The translations under genes were made by a program, and so were the position numbers. From the NCBI GenBank assembly GCA_947259075.1, contig CAMYKQ010000053.1:3846-67845 (forward strand): a stretch of 64,000 bases of DNA, given 5' to 3'. This DNA comes from an uncultured Gammaproteobacteria bacterium (GTDB lineage Bacteria > Pseudomonadota > Gammaproteobacteria > DRLM01). Below are positions 1-8,732 of this stretch, piece by piece (within the stretch, counting starts at the first letter, position 1; every line of letters begins with the position of its first letter). The notes beneath the pieces were generated by a model. The model worked only from the letters and a program-made list of their open reading frames with translations. It made no database searches and had not been told where the DNA came from.

Positions 1-837
1 CGGGCCGCGGTGACGCTGGTTGACGATCAAGGCCAAGCCCTGACGCTGGGCGCGCCCGCGGTACGCATCATCGCCTTGTCACCGCATGTGGCGGAGTTGT
101 TGTTTGACGTGGGCGCGGGCGGCAAGCTGGTGGGCACGGTCAGCCGCAGCGATTATCCCGCCGCCGCGCGTAACGTGGCCTTGGTGGGTGACCACGCCCG
201 TTTGGACGTGGAACGTATCATCGCCCTCAACCCCGATGCGGTGGTGGCTTGGGGCGGCGGTAATCCCCCGCTCGATATCGAGCGGCTGCGGCAATTGGGC
301 GTGCCGGTGCTGGTGCTAGAGCCGCGTCATTTAGATGATGTGGCGCGGCATTTGGAATTGCTGGGGCAGCTCGCGGGCACGGAGACGCAGGCGCGGGCGG
401 CGGCGGCGGACTACCGTCACGGCCTTGCCGCGCTGCGCGAACGCTACGCGGGCCGCAGCATGGTGACGGTGTTCTACCAAGTCTGGCACGCGCCTTTGAT
501 GACGGTGGGCGGCGAGCAGATCATCAGCGAAGTGATTAGCCTGTGCGGCGGACAAAATATTTTTGCGGCGTTGCGCAGTTTGGCGCCCACGGTGTCGGTG
601 GAGTCGGTGGTGATGGCGGATCCGGCGCTGATCGTCACCGCGTCGGACCAGCCCGTCGCCCAGGCCTTGGCCAATTGGCGCGCGTGGCCGATGATGCGCG
701 CGGTGCGCATTGGCCAGTTGATGACGATCAGCCCCAATAATATCGCCCGCGCCACGCCGCGGTTATTACAAGGCGCGCAAGAGATGTGCGAAGCCATCGA
801 GGGGGCGCGCGCCGTGCCCTGGCGCGTGTCGCGCTGA
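1..837 (+). CDS. btuF: Cobalamin-binding periplasmic protein (N-terminus probably outside the window)
   Basis: RIIALSPHVAELLF, DYP, DVERIIALNPD and TPRLL motifs of BtuF/TroA-type binding proteins; frame open from the window start. Confidence 0.8.
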   Translation, partial: RAAVTLVDDQGQALTLGAPAVRIIALSPHVAELLFDVGAGGKLVGTVSRSDYPAAARNVALVGDHARLDVERIIALNPDAVVAWGGGNPPLDIERLRQLGVPVLVLEPRHLDDVARHLELLGQLAGTETQARAAAADYRHGLAALRERYAGRSMVTVFYQVWHAPLMTVGGEQIISEVISLCGGQNIFAALRSLAPTVSVESVVMADPALIVTASDQPVAQALANWRAWPMMRAVRIGQLMTISPNNIARATPRLLQGAQEMCEAIEGARAVPWRVSR

Positions 838-1748
838 TGCGCATCGGCATTGATTTGGGCGGCACCAAGATTGAAGGCGTGGCCTTGGACGCGGCGGGCG
901 CGGTGCTGGCGCGCCAGCGGGTGGCGACGCCCGCAGGTGATTATCAGGCCACGCTGCGCGCGATTGCGGCGGTGGTCGCCGACTTGGAGCAGCGCAGCGG
1001 CGCGCGCGGCAGCGTGGGCGTGGGCACGCCGGGCGCGCTGTCGCGGCTCAGCGGCATGCTGAAGAATTCCAATTCAGTGTGTTTGAATGGCCGGCCCTTG
1101 GCGCAAGACTTGGCCGCCTTACTGGCGCGGCCGGTGCGCATCGCCAATGACGCCAATTGTCTTGTGCTGTCGGAGGCGGTGGACGGCGCCGCCAGCGGCG
1201 CGGCCGTGGTGTTCGGCGTCATCCTCGGCACCGGCACGGGCGGCGGTATCGTGGTGAACGGCCGGGTGCTGGACGGCGCCAATGCCATCGCCGGTGAATG
1301 GGGCCACAATCCCTTGCCTTGGCCGCGTGATGATGAGCGTCCCGGCCCGGCCTGTTATTGCGGCAAGCACGGCTGCATCGAAACCTTTTTGTCCGGTCCC
1401 GGTTTGAGCCGCGATCATGCCGCCGTAAACGCCGAGACCTTGAGCGCGGAAGCGATCGCGCGCCGCGCCGATGAGGGCGATGCCGCGTGCCTCGCGACAC
1501 TGGCGCGTTACGAAGAGCGTCTGGCGCGGGCCTTGGCGGCGGTGATCAATCTGCTCGATCCAGAGGTGATCGTGCTGGGGGGCGGGCTGTCGAAATTGAC
1601 CCGGCTTTATGACAATGTGCCCGCGCTGTGGGGCCGCTATGTGTTTTCCGACCGGGTGGATACGCGCTTGCTGCCGGCGCGGCACGGGGATGCCAGCGGC
1701 GTGCGCGGCGCGGCCTGTTTGTGGGGGATGAATAATGCGTCTGCGTGA
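837..1748 (+). CDS. ROK family sugar kinase (fructokinase/Mak-like)
   Basis: MRIGIDLGGTKIE, ANDANC, GEWGH, CxCGxxGCIE motifs; ATG overlaps the upstream TGA. Confidence 0.9.
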   Translation: MRIGIDLGGTKIEGVALDAAGAVLARQRVATPAGDYQATLRAIAAVVADLEQRSGARGSVGVGTPGALSRLSGMLKNSNSVCLNGRPLAQDLAALLARPVRIANDANCLVLSEAVDGAASGAAVVFGVILGTGTGGGIVVNGRVLDGANAIAGEWGHNPLPWPRDDERPGPACYCGKHGCIETFLSGPGLSRDHAAVNAETLSAEAIARRADEGDAACLATLARYEERLARALAAVINLLDPEVIVLGGGLSKLTRLYDNVPALWGRYVFSDRVDTRLLPARHGDASGVRGAACLWGMNNASA

Positions 1749-2136
1749 AGCGCGGTGGCCTTTGCGCGGTTTTGCCTTGTGGCACGGCGTGGCGTGGGGC
1801 TTGGTGGGCGTGGTGCTGTATCTTTCTTTGATGCCGCAGCCGCCGCAACTCGACATCAGCAGCGGCGATAAACTGGGCCACCTCGCGGGTTATGCCCTGT
1901 TGATGGTTTGGTTCACCCAGCTGTATGCGCGGCCGGCGCACTGGCGTTTGGGCGTGGCCCTGTTCGCGCTTGGGGTGTTTATCGAATGCGTGCAGGGACT
2001 CACGGCCCACCGCAGTTTTGAATGGCTGGACATGGCGGCTGACGGCGGCGGCGTGCTGCTGGGCTGGTGGCTGGGCGGCACGGTGTTCGCCAGCGTGTTG
2101 CAGCGCGTCGCGGGTTTGCAGACGACGCGGCGCTAG
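1735..2136 (+). CDS. VanZ family membrane protein
   Basis: DKLGH..Y, IE..Q, R.FEW.D..AD motifs and hydrophobic helices. Confidence 0.8.
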   Translation: MRLREARWPLRGFALWHGVAWGLVGVVLYLSLMPQPPQLDISSGDKLGHLAGYALLMVWFTQLYARPAHWRLGVALFALGVFIECVQGLTAHRSFEWLDMAADGGGVLLGWWLGGTVFASVLQRVAGLQTTRR

Positions 2137-2204
2137 CGCTTGGCGCGCGTTCACCCTCGCGCCGCCGTCGATAAAATCAAGTGATGCTGAGTCCGCCGCG
2201 CGGC

Positions 2205-3287
2205 TTAGACCGCGGCGGCGGAGCGGCGTCTCGCGCCCCACAGCCCGATCAAGCCGCCCAACAGCAACAACGCGCTGCCCGGTTCTGGCACCGCGGCGAA
2301 GAATTCTTGCGCGATCAATTGATGAAATTTGGCGGTGGGGTGTTCCCCGTCCCAAAACAGGTATTCATCGGGATTGTTGCACACCGTGTCGCCGGGCCCC
2401 GCGGGCTCGACGAAGCCGCTATAACACGCCGCGCTGACATTGCTAAGGCCATAGGCGCCGAGATTGGCGACGACTTCGCGCAGATAGCTGAAGCTGTCGT
2501 AGTGAATTAGTTTGACGCCGGGGAGCAGCGCGCGCATATCGTTGAGCATGGAGCCGACGGCGCTGTTGTATTGCACCGTCAGCGCGGTCGCGGCCGGGGC
2601 CACCAGCGGCGGCGCGCCGGGGAAGAGGGGGTCGAGTTCGAAGACGTCGGGGACGAGACCTAGGTCGGGGATGCTGGGTATCAAGATGGTTTGCGCGCCC
2701 GCGGCGGCATAGGCGCCGATGACGTCTTTGATGCCGTTCACCGCGGCGTTCATGAATTGCGCGGCCAGCGCGGTCAAGGCCAGATCGCCGCTCAGCGTTA
2801 ACGGCAGGATGTCCGCCAAGTCATTGGCCCCCGACCACACCACGTATAAGGCGCCCGGATCATTGATGCCGCGGGCGGTGAAGGCCTCGCGTTGCAGGTT
2901 CAAACTCCAGGGCCGCGCGCCGGTGGGCAGGATGCCGCCGAGATTGAAGGGCGCGCTGGCCTCGAGGCGGTTGTAATCAGTGCGCGCGCCGCCGTAGGCG
3001 AAATTATTGCCGCCCGCCGAGGAGCGGGTCGAGGTCAGTCCCAGTTTGTCGGCGAGCAGGCCCGCGTAGTTTTCGCCATTGGCGAAACGCCCTTGGAAAT
3101 AATGATCGTCCGCGGGGATGGGCGCCAAACCCGGGGGGAACAAGTCTTGTGTGGCGGCGTAGAGATTGCCTTGGTCCGAAAGGCTGTCGCCCATGATGTA
3201 GAGATTGGTGTAGGGCAGCGCTTGGGCGCCCTGCTGCATGATAAGGGCGGTAAAAAAAACAATGAGGCCGATCAGCGGTTTTTTCAT
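2205..3287 (-). CDS. SGNH/GDSL hydrolase with PEP-CTERM sorting signal
   Basis: Signal peptide; GDSLSD, RFANG, GAND, DGEHPT blocks; C-terminal VPEP + hydrophobic helix + RRR. Confidence 0.9.
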   Translation of the reverse strand: MKKPLIGLIVFFTALIMQQGAQALPYTNLYIMGDSLSDQGNLYAATQDLFPPGLAPIPADDHYFQGRFANGENYAGLLADKLGLTSTRSSAGGNNFAYGGARTDYNRLEASAPFNLGGILPTGARPWSLNLQREAFTARGINDPGALYVVWSGANDLADILPLTLSGDLALTALAAQFMNAAVNGIKDVIGAYAAAGAQTILIPSIPDLGLVPDVFELDPLFPGAPPLVAPAATALTVQYNSAVGSMLNDMRALLPGVKLIHYDSFSYLREVVANLGAYGLSNVSAACYSGFVEPAGPGDTVCNNPDEYLFWDGEHPTAKFHQLIAQEFFAAVPEPGSALLLLGGLIGLWGARRRSAAAV

Positions 3288-3503
3288 GGGCCGTCTCCTT
3301 GGCGTGTTATACGGTTTTTGCGGTGCCGCCGGGCGGGTCCGTCGCTATGTTTGCCTCTGCCCGTGCGGGCGTCGCCGCAAATTGCTTGCATCCCTCTCCG
3401 GCTTGGCTTGTCTCAGCATGGACGCCATTAACGGCAACGCATGGCCGCGAACTTAACCCAGCCGTTCATGATAGGCAAGCGGCCGGGTGCTTGTTGGCTT
3501 CGC

Positions 3504-4364
3504 TCACGCCTCCGCGACGATATAGGCGATCCAGGCTTCTTGATTATCGGCTTGCAAGGTGTCTTCGTACTCGCCCGTGCCTTCTAAGTAATCATCGTCC
3601 TCATCGTCTTCTTCAAATTTCTCCCAATACACATGCACGCGCGAGAAACCCGCCTCCTCCAAGATTTCGCGCAATTCCGGCAAGGTCCACAAACGCCAGT
3701 CGTAGGTGAAGGCCTTGCGCAGCATGGAGCCGTCGCTAAAGCGGAAATGGATGTGACAGAGAAAATCGTGGGTGATGGGGTTGAACTTGGCTTGATCCCA
3801 GATATAAATGAAATCCTGGCCGTCCACCTCGCGGTCTTCTTCCAGCTCGCTCATGGTTTCCGTGCCGCCCAGCAAATCGAGCACGAAGAGGCCGTCGTCT
3901 TTTAAACCCGCGCGCGCCGTTTCGAAATAGCGGCGCAAGGCGCTGCGCTGTTTGAACACGCAATAACTGAAATTCATGGCGCAGGTGATATCCGCCTTGG
4001 GCTCGCTGATGTCCAGCACATTGGCGTGTTGCAGCGTGATGCGTTCGCTGACCTCGCGGCCCGCGGGCTTGAGATTGTGTTGCCTGCCCCAGTCCAAAGT
4101 GTCTTTGCACAAGTCCACGCCCAGCGCGCGGCGTTTGGAATTGGATTTACACCATTCCACGCACAGCAGCGCCGTGCCGCAAAAATCCTCGCGCAGCACC
4201 AGCGGCTTTTTACCGCGTAATTCCTTGTAGCGGTCGACGAAAAATTCCACCTCGAAATCCGGCGCCTGCACCGCGTGCTGATAGAGCACGTGACGGTCGG
4301 CCTGACTGGCGAGCGTGACGCCTGGCTTGCTGGATTTTTTGGCTTTGGCTTTGGCTGTCGGCAT
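3504..4364 (-). CDS. Class I SAM-dependent methyltransferase
   Basis: LREDFCGTA motif I, acidic GVD, NFSY, GLFVLD. Confidence 0.75.
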   Translation of the reverse strand: MPTAKAKAKKSSKPGVTLASQADRHVLYQHAVQAPDFEVEFFVDRYKELRGKKPLVLREDFCGTALLCVEWCKSNSKRRALGVDLCKDTLDWGRQHNLKPAGREVSERITLQHANVLDISEPKADITCAMNFSYCVFKQRSALRRYFETARAGLKDDGLFVLDLLGGTETMSELEEDREVDGQDFIYIWDQAKFNPITHDFLCHIHFRFSDGSMLRKAFTYDWRLWTLPELREILEEAGFSRVHVYWEKFEEDDEDDDYLEGTGEYEDTLQADNQEAWIAYIVAEA

Positions 4365-4458
4365 GGGCTGTGCTTCGCTGTGTTAAAAGAGGGGGATTGT
4401 AGGAAGCCTTGGCCGCGATGTCCATGTGTGTTGCGAAGCTAGTGCCTCCCGCGCAAAT

Positions 4459-4490
4459 AAAAACGCCCCGGTCCGTGCGGGCCGGGGCGT
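4459..4490 (-). terminator. Intrinsic terminator after the lipoprotein gene
   Basis: ACGCCCCGG(T/C)CCG stem with T-run on the minus strand. Confidence 0.6.
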
Positions 4491-4506
4491 CGTCGCGGCT
4501 TGGAAT

Positions 4507-4839
4507 TTAAGGCGCGACGGTTTGACGCATGCTTTCACCTTCGCGGCGCAGGCGTTCCGCCTTTTCAAGCGTCTTGGCCGCTTCAATGGCCTTTTCGCCG
4601 CGCTTGATCATTTCTTCACCCTCATCCTCCAAACGCTTGCCTTCCTTTATCATGTCCTTACCTTGGTCTTGCAGCGCCTCGCCCTTGGCGATGAGTTCAT
4701 CCCCGTTTTTAATCATCAGCTCGCCTTGGGCGAGGCGCTCGGGCGTCTCCGGCAACAGATTGGGCTCGGAGAAGATGGCGCAGGCGCTGAGGCTGAGCGC
4801 GGCGGCGGGGAGCAGTAAAAAGCGGGCATGCAATTTCAT
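4507..4839 (-). CDS. Hypothetical lipoprotein with G-x6 periodic helix
   Basis: Lipobox LSAC; RBS GAGGA; Gly recurring every 7 residues. Confidence 0.7.
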   Translation of the reverse strand: MKLHARFLLLPAAALSLSACAIFSEPNLLPETPERLAQGELMIKNGDELIAKGEALQDQGKDMIKEGKRLEDEGEEMIKRGEKAIEAAKTLEKAERLRREGESMRQTVAP

Positions 4840-4989
4840 CGGTGTTTCCTCATGACTACGGTTTGAGTTGAATGTGCATTATACCTGTGCGCTGACCCCG
4901 TCGAATGTAAAAAATTGTCTCCGTAGCGGGCCTCGCGGTTTTGCTAATATAAGCTGGCGCCATGATGGCGGCCGCAACGAGGACAGAGT

Positions 4990-5646
4990 ATGGAGAGCGA
5001 ATTTTGGCACGCGCGTTGGAAAGAAGGCCGCATCGGTTTTCACCAAGATGACATCAACCCCTATCTGCGGCGGCACTGGCCCAGCATGGGTCTGGCGCCG
5101 GGCGGCGCCATCTTCGTGCCCCTGTGCGGCAAGAGCCGCGACATGCTGTGGCTGCGTGAGCAAGGACATGCCGTGCTGGGGGTGGAAATCGTGCCGCAAG
5201 CCGTGGAGGCCTTCTTCGCGGAGAACAAGCTTGGCGCCGAGGTCTCGCAACACGGAGCCTTCAGTCTGTGGCAGAGCGAAGGCATCAAAGTATTTTGCGG
5301 TGACATCTTCAAACTCACGGCCGACGATGTCAGTGAAGTCACCGGCGTCTACGACCGCGCCTCGCTGATCGCCCTGCCGCCCGCCCTGCGCGAACACTAC
5401 GCGGCGCACCTGCGTGCGATCTTGCCGGGAAAATTGAGCACGCTCTTAGTCACCATGGATTACCCGCAAGCCGAAATGCAGGGCCCGCCCTTCGCGGTGA
5501 CGCCGCAAGAGGTCGAGGCCTTGTACAAAAAATATTTTGTAATAGACGAAGTGAGTGCCGCGGACATCTTGTCCGCCGAGCCGCGCTTCAAGGAGCAAGG
5601 CCTGAGGCGTTTATTGGAAAGGGTGTATGTGCTGCGGGCGCGGTAG
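4990..5646 (+). CDS. tpm: Thiopurine S-methyltransferase
   Basis: FWHARW..G.IGFH, VPLCGKSRD, YDRASLIAL, GPPF. Confidence 0.92.
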   Translation: MESEFWHARWKEGRIGFHQDDINPYLRRHWPSMGLAPGGAIFVPLCGKSRDMLWLREQGHAVLGVEIVPQAVEAFFAENKLGAEVSQHGAFSLWQSEGIKVFCGDIFKLTADDVSEVTGVYDRASLIALPPALREHYAAHLRAILPGKLSTLLVTMDYPQAEMQGPPFAVTPQEVEALYKKYFVIDEVSAADILSAEPRFKEQGLRRLLERVYVLRAR

Positions 5647-5896
5647 CCTTTGTGAAATTGAAAAAGCGGTTAAGGAATGGCCGACAGCGCGCTTTGCGAC
5701 CCGTTACGGCTGTTTCGGCTTCTAATGGGGGTAGGCGGGTTGTTATCGAATCCGGATATTTATCTTTTCGTGAAATGCCATGGTTATGTCCAATACGTGG
5801 ATTTAAGATTTGGGTAAAAAATCCATACCGACCGCAGATAGATTATCTTTGGTCGGTGCTAGATTGTTCTGCGTTTCAGGGTGCCAGCTTGGCTCA

Positions 5897-6247
5897 TTAA
5901 TTACCAGTGTAGTTCGCGGCTAAATACTGGCCTTCCGCGGACAGAAAAACGTAAAGAGTTTGTTTTTCAGGGTCGCTGATTTTTTCATTCTTGAAAACAA
6001 TAACCCATTCCAGTTGGCCGCCCAATTCCTTCTGTTCTGCCTTATGGATGGCAACGGAAGTCCAAGAGTCGTCAATCTTTTTTCTTTGAACCAATTTGGC
6101 CACACTGCTAATCGCAATTTCTTCGGCTTTAGCTTGGGTAACGGGCTCGTGTGAATGACCGTGACCATGGTCGTGTCCTGAGCCAGCGTGCACAGGGCTT
6201 GCCATCAGTAGAAATAGTGAAATTAATGTTGTAGTCAAGTAGCGCAT
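5897..6247 (-). CDS. Exported His-rich protein (DUF6488-like)
   Basis: Signal peptide, HDHGHGHSH, C-terminal LYVFLS..G.YLAANYTG; RBS GGAGG. Confidence 0.75.
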   Translation of the reverse strand: MRYLTTTLISLFLLMASPVHAGSGHDHGHGHSHEPVTQAKAEEIAISSVAKLVQRKKIDDSWTSVAIHKAEQKELGGQLEWVIVFKNEKISDPEKQTLYVFLSAEGQYLAANYTGN

Positions 6248-6264
6248 ATATCCTCCGGATAAGT

Positions 6265-6396
6265 TCAATTGATTGAGTCATGCTGAGTGGGTTGGTGAGA
6301 ATGATCTTCATCATGGCCATGTCCATGCTCGGATGAGCATGCCGATAATAGCGTTAAGCTTAAGAATGTAAATAGCATCAAAAATGACCTGCGCAT
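6265..6396 (-). CDS. 43-aa His-rich lipoprotein, absent from the ORF track
   Basis: Translates MRRSFLMLFTFLSLTLLSACSSEHGHGHDEDHSHQPTQHDSIN; AGGAGA RBS; lipobox LSAC; fills the operon gap. Confidence 0.75.
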   Translation of the reverse strand: MRRSFLMLFTFLSLTLLSACSSEHGHGHDEDHSHQPTQHDSIN

Positions 6397-6408
6397 TATT
6401 TATTTCTC

Positions 6409-7605
6409 CTAAAGTGAATCAATGTTTTCATGAATTGTTCTAGGCTGTGGTTCCGGCGCGGTAATTACCTTATTCTCATCCACAAGCTGATACTCGCCGT
6501 TGACTTTTAAAGTGATGGTGACGGGCGAGCGGGTGCTATTTTTCCAATACCAACCGTGTGTGCCTTCGAAAGAAGATGTTAGAGAGCCACTTGACTGGCT
6601 TTCAGTGCTCTTGCTAAAGCTCTCGAAATGGCCGGTTGTATCATCTGCAGGTTCGCCGTGGAAATCAAAGAATAGTTCCTCGCCGCCTGTTTGCCATGAA
6701 TATTTAAACGTCGCGCCTTTGGCTAAAAAGAGTTTGTACTCCTTGTCGCCTCTCGCGGGTATCGTGATCTCGATGGAGTCTTTCCATTCTGTAGATTCCA
6801 CATTTTCAAGTTTGGCTGCCATGGCCACAGGCTGCACAGGGGCTGCTGTGCTTGCGGCCAATTCTGCATTGGTGGTGTGCTCATAACCATGCATTTGCAT
6901 GAAAAAGAGATAAATCCCCATGGCAATCAGCGCGTAGTTTGTTACCAGGCTGAACGTCTTGAAGCCTTGGGATTTTCGCCATGCGGCAATCAGCAATAAC
7001 ATCAGAAATAGCGCGCTGATTTGCCCCAGCTCGATGCCAACGTTGAACGAAATAATATTCAGTAATAGTCCATCTTCGCTTAATGGTAAGTCCTGCAGAC
7101 GTGTAGATAGGCCGAACCCATGAATAAGGCCGAGTCCAACTATCATGAGCATCATGTTAGGTGGATTGATACCCAGATGCTTGCGAAAACCATCAATATT
7201 GGCGAAGGCGATATAACACACGCTGAGCGCTATCACTGCATCGATAAGGAAGTAGTTAAGCTGGATTGCATTAAATGTGGCATAAATTAGTGTGACACTG
7301 TGCCCCAGCGTAAACGCGGTGACATATTTGGCAATGTCCCGGAACGTGGTCAAGAAAAAGATGATCCCGAACACAAACGCCAGATGGTCGTAGCCGGAAA
7401 GCATATGCGTGGCACCTAGCCACATATACTGCATGTTGCCCCCATTGATGATCGCCTGTTTTTCCTCTTCAGACATCCCATGAGCAAAGGCAAGATTTGA
7501 AAAAAGCACGAACAGAGCTAGCCCGGTTATGAGGAAAAATAGATTTCGATTTTCTGGCATGATTGGATCATTATAAAGCAGTGCGCTTGTTTTGCTGCTG
7601 ATCAC
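6409..7605 (-). CDS. HupE/UreJ-family membrane protein with extra C-terminal soluble domain (start GTG 7605 or ATG 7560)
   Basis: HMLSGYDHL, AFTLGHSVTL, GLIHGFGL, FNVGIELGQ; C-terminal DFHGEP..GTHGWYW domain. Confidence 0.85.
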   Translation of the reverse strand: MISSKTSALLYNDPIMPENRNLFFLITGLALFVLFSNLAFAHGMSEEEKQAIINGGNMQYMWLGATHMLSGYDHLAFVFGIIFFLTTFRDIAKYVTAFTLGHSVTLIYATFNAIQLNYFLIDAVIALSVCYIAFANIDGFRKHLGINPPNMMLMIVGLGLIHGFGLSTRLQDLPLSEDGLLLNIISFNVGIELGQISALFLMLLLIAAWRKSQGFKTFSLVTNYALIAMGIYLFFMQMHGYEHTTNAELAASTAAPVQPVAMAAKLENVESTEWKDSIEITIPARGDKEYKLFLAKGATFKYSWQTGGEELFFDFHGEPADDTTGHFESFSKSTESQSSGSLTSSFEGTHGWYWKNSTRSPVTITLKVNGEYQLVDENKVITAPEPQPRTIHENIDSL

Positions 7606-7910
7606 AGGCGGCCCCCTTTTTTCACATCTGTTACCCAATAAATACCGTGACCTGTGAGATTGGCTTTGCTCTCACAAAGCCTCGCCAACACCGCATCCAC
7701 ATCTGCGTCATCAAGTAAAATATCTGTCCGTATGCGTGGAATGTAACCCACCACATCATCGTGTGCTGATAAAAAAGGATCGTTTTCCACTTCAGTTCCG
7801 TGGCCTTCGACATGGATGAAGGTAAAGCCTGGAACCTGATCGATCGTGCGTAATAGATTAGCCAATTGTTGCTGAATATTTGTATGAGCAATGAGCGTTA
7901 ATACTTTCAT
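7602..7910 (-). CDS. P-II-like protein (DUF3240-like, normally czcA-associated)
   Basis: GFT...EGHG, D.V.G, YW.T.V..GG.L; about 100 aa. Confidence 0.7.
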   Translation of the reverse strand: MKVLTLIAHTNIQQQLANLLRTIDQVPGFTFIHVEGHGTEVENDPFLSAHDDVVGYIPRIRTDILLDDADVDAVLARLCESKANLTGHGIYWVTDVKKGGRL

Positions 7911-8059
7911 GCGTAGTCCTCCGCAATGAATTGAAGATTTATGGGCGTCAGTACGATGCCAGGAATTGGCTGCGTTACTGCTTTTGAATTTATGGTGAAT
8001 TACCCTGAACCAGCTCGAATCTAATTCGAGTAAGCACCGGTGAATTGACGGTGAATCGC

Positions 8060-8479
8060 TTAAAGCGGAGGGGCGCGGAGAGATGGAAATAGGTGGAATC
8101 GCCTAGTAAGACTGGCATTGCCACGATAAGAAAGGAATCTTTCTCTGCATAACCCTGATGTGAGTAGGAACAGCACGAAGGTCAGCAACGCCAACGTTAA
8201 TACATTGACCGATGCCTGTTTTAATATGCAGTCCGGGCATGCATCAATCACAGATGTCACCTGATCATGGTGGTCCTGATGGGAGCTGTCAAAGGAAAGG
8301 TGAGTCTCATTCAGGTGTGAGTGATGATTTGGATCATCGATAGAATAATGGTTTTGATGTGAGTTGTGATCAAAGTCGTGGACATGCAGAGTCACGCCTT
8401 GGGCAGACAATATCAGCAATGAAAGCAATATCGTCCAGGCAAGCAATAGCCTCTTGTTAGTTTTACGGAAAAAATTCAT
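8060..8479 (-). CDS. His-rich CxxC/RAPP protein (DUF2946/CruR/CzcI-like)
   Basis: N-terminal hydrophobic helix, many His, ACPDC, C-terminal LRAPPL. Confidence 0.7.
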   Translation of the reverse strand: MNFFRKTNKRLLLAWTILLSLLILSAQGVTLHVHDFDHNSHQNHYSIDDPNHHSHLNETHLSFDSSHQDHHDQVTSVIDACPDCILKQASVNVLTLALLTFVLFLLTSGLCRERFLSYRGNASLTRRFHLFPSLRAPPL

Positions 8480-8732
8480 GGCGGCTAGTCTAGCAACGTT
8501 GAGGCCCAAGAGTAAATATCGGATATTCCATGGATACCTTTACATCAATGAGACATAGGCGTGTCATTTAATGTGCGTAAAACTCTCAGGAAGAATTATC
8601 AATTGATGTAGGAAAATGGCTGCAATGGGATAGCCGGAGTCGTTGATTGCAGGTCGCCCGAACTACTGCGGCTGGCTCTGAACTGTCTTTCATCCATCCC
8701 ATTCAGGGATGAGATCGGCGTACGCCGCCATC

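Larger units (their letters stand above)
5650..8730. other. AT-rich island of His-rich metal-homeostasis genes
   Basis: Visibly lower GC than the flanks; five co-directional minus-strand genes; boundaries approximate. Confidence 0.7.

Noticed and set aside
4431-4447. Sigma-54-like AGGCACTAGCTTCGCA on the minus strand before the methyltransferase
   Set aside because: Two consensus mismatches and no enhancer seen; too weak to call
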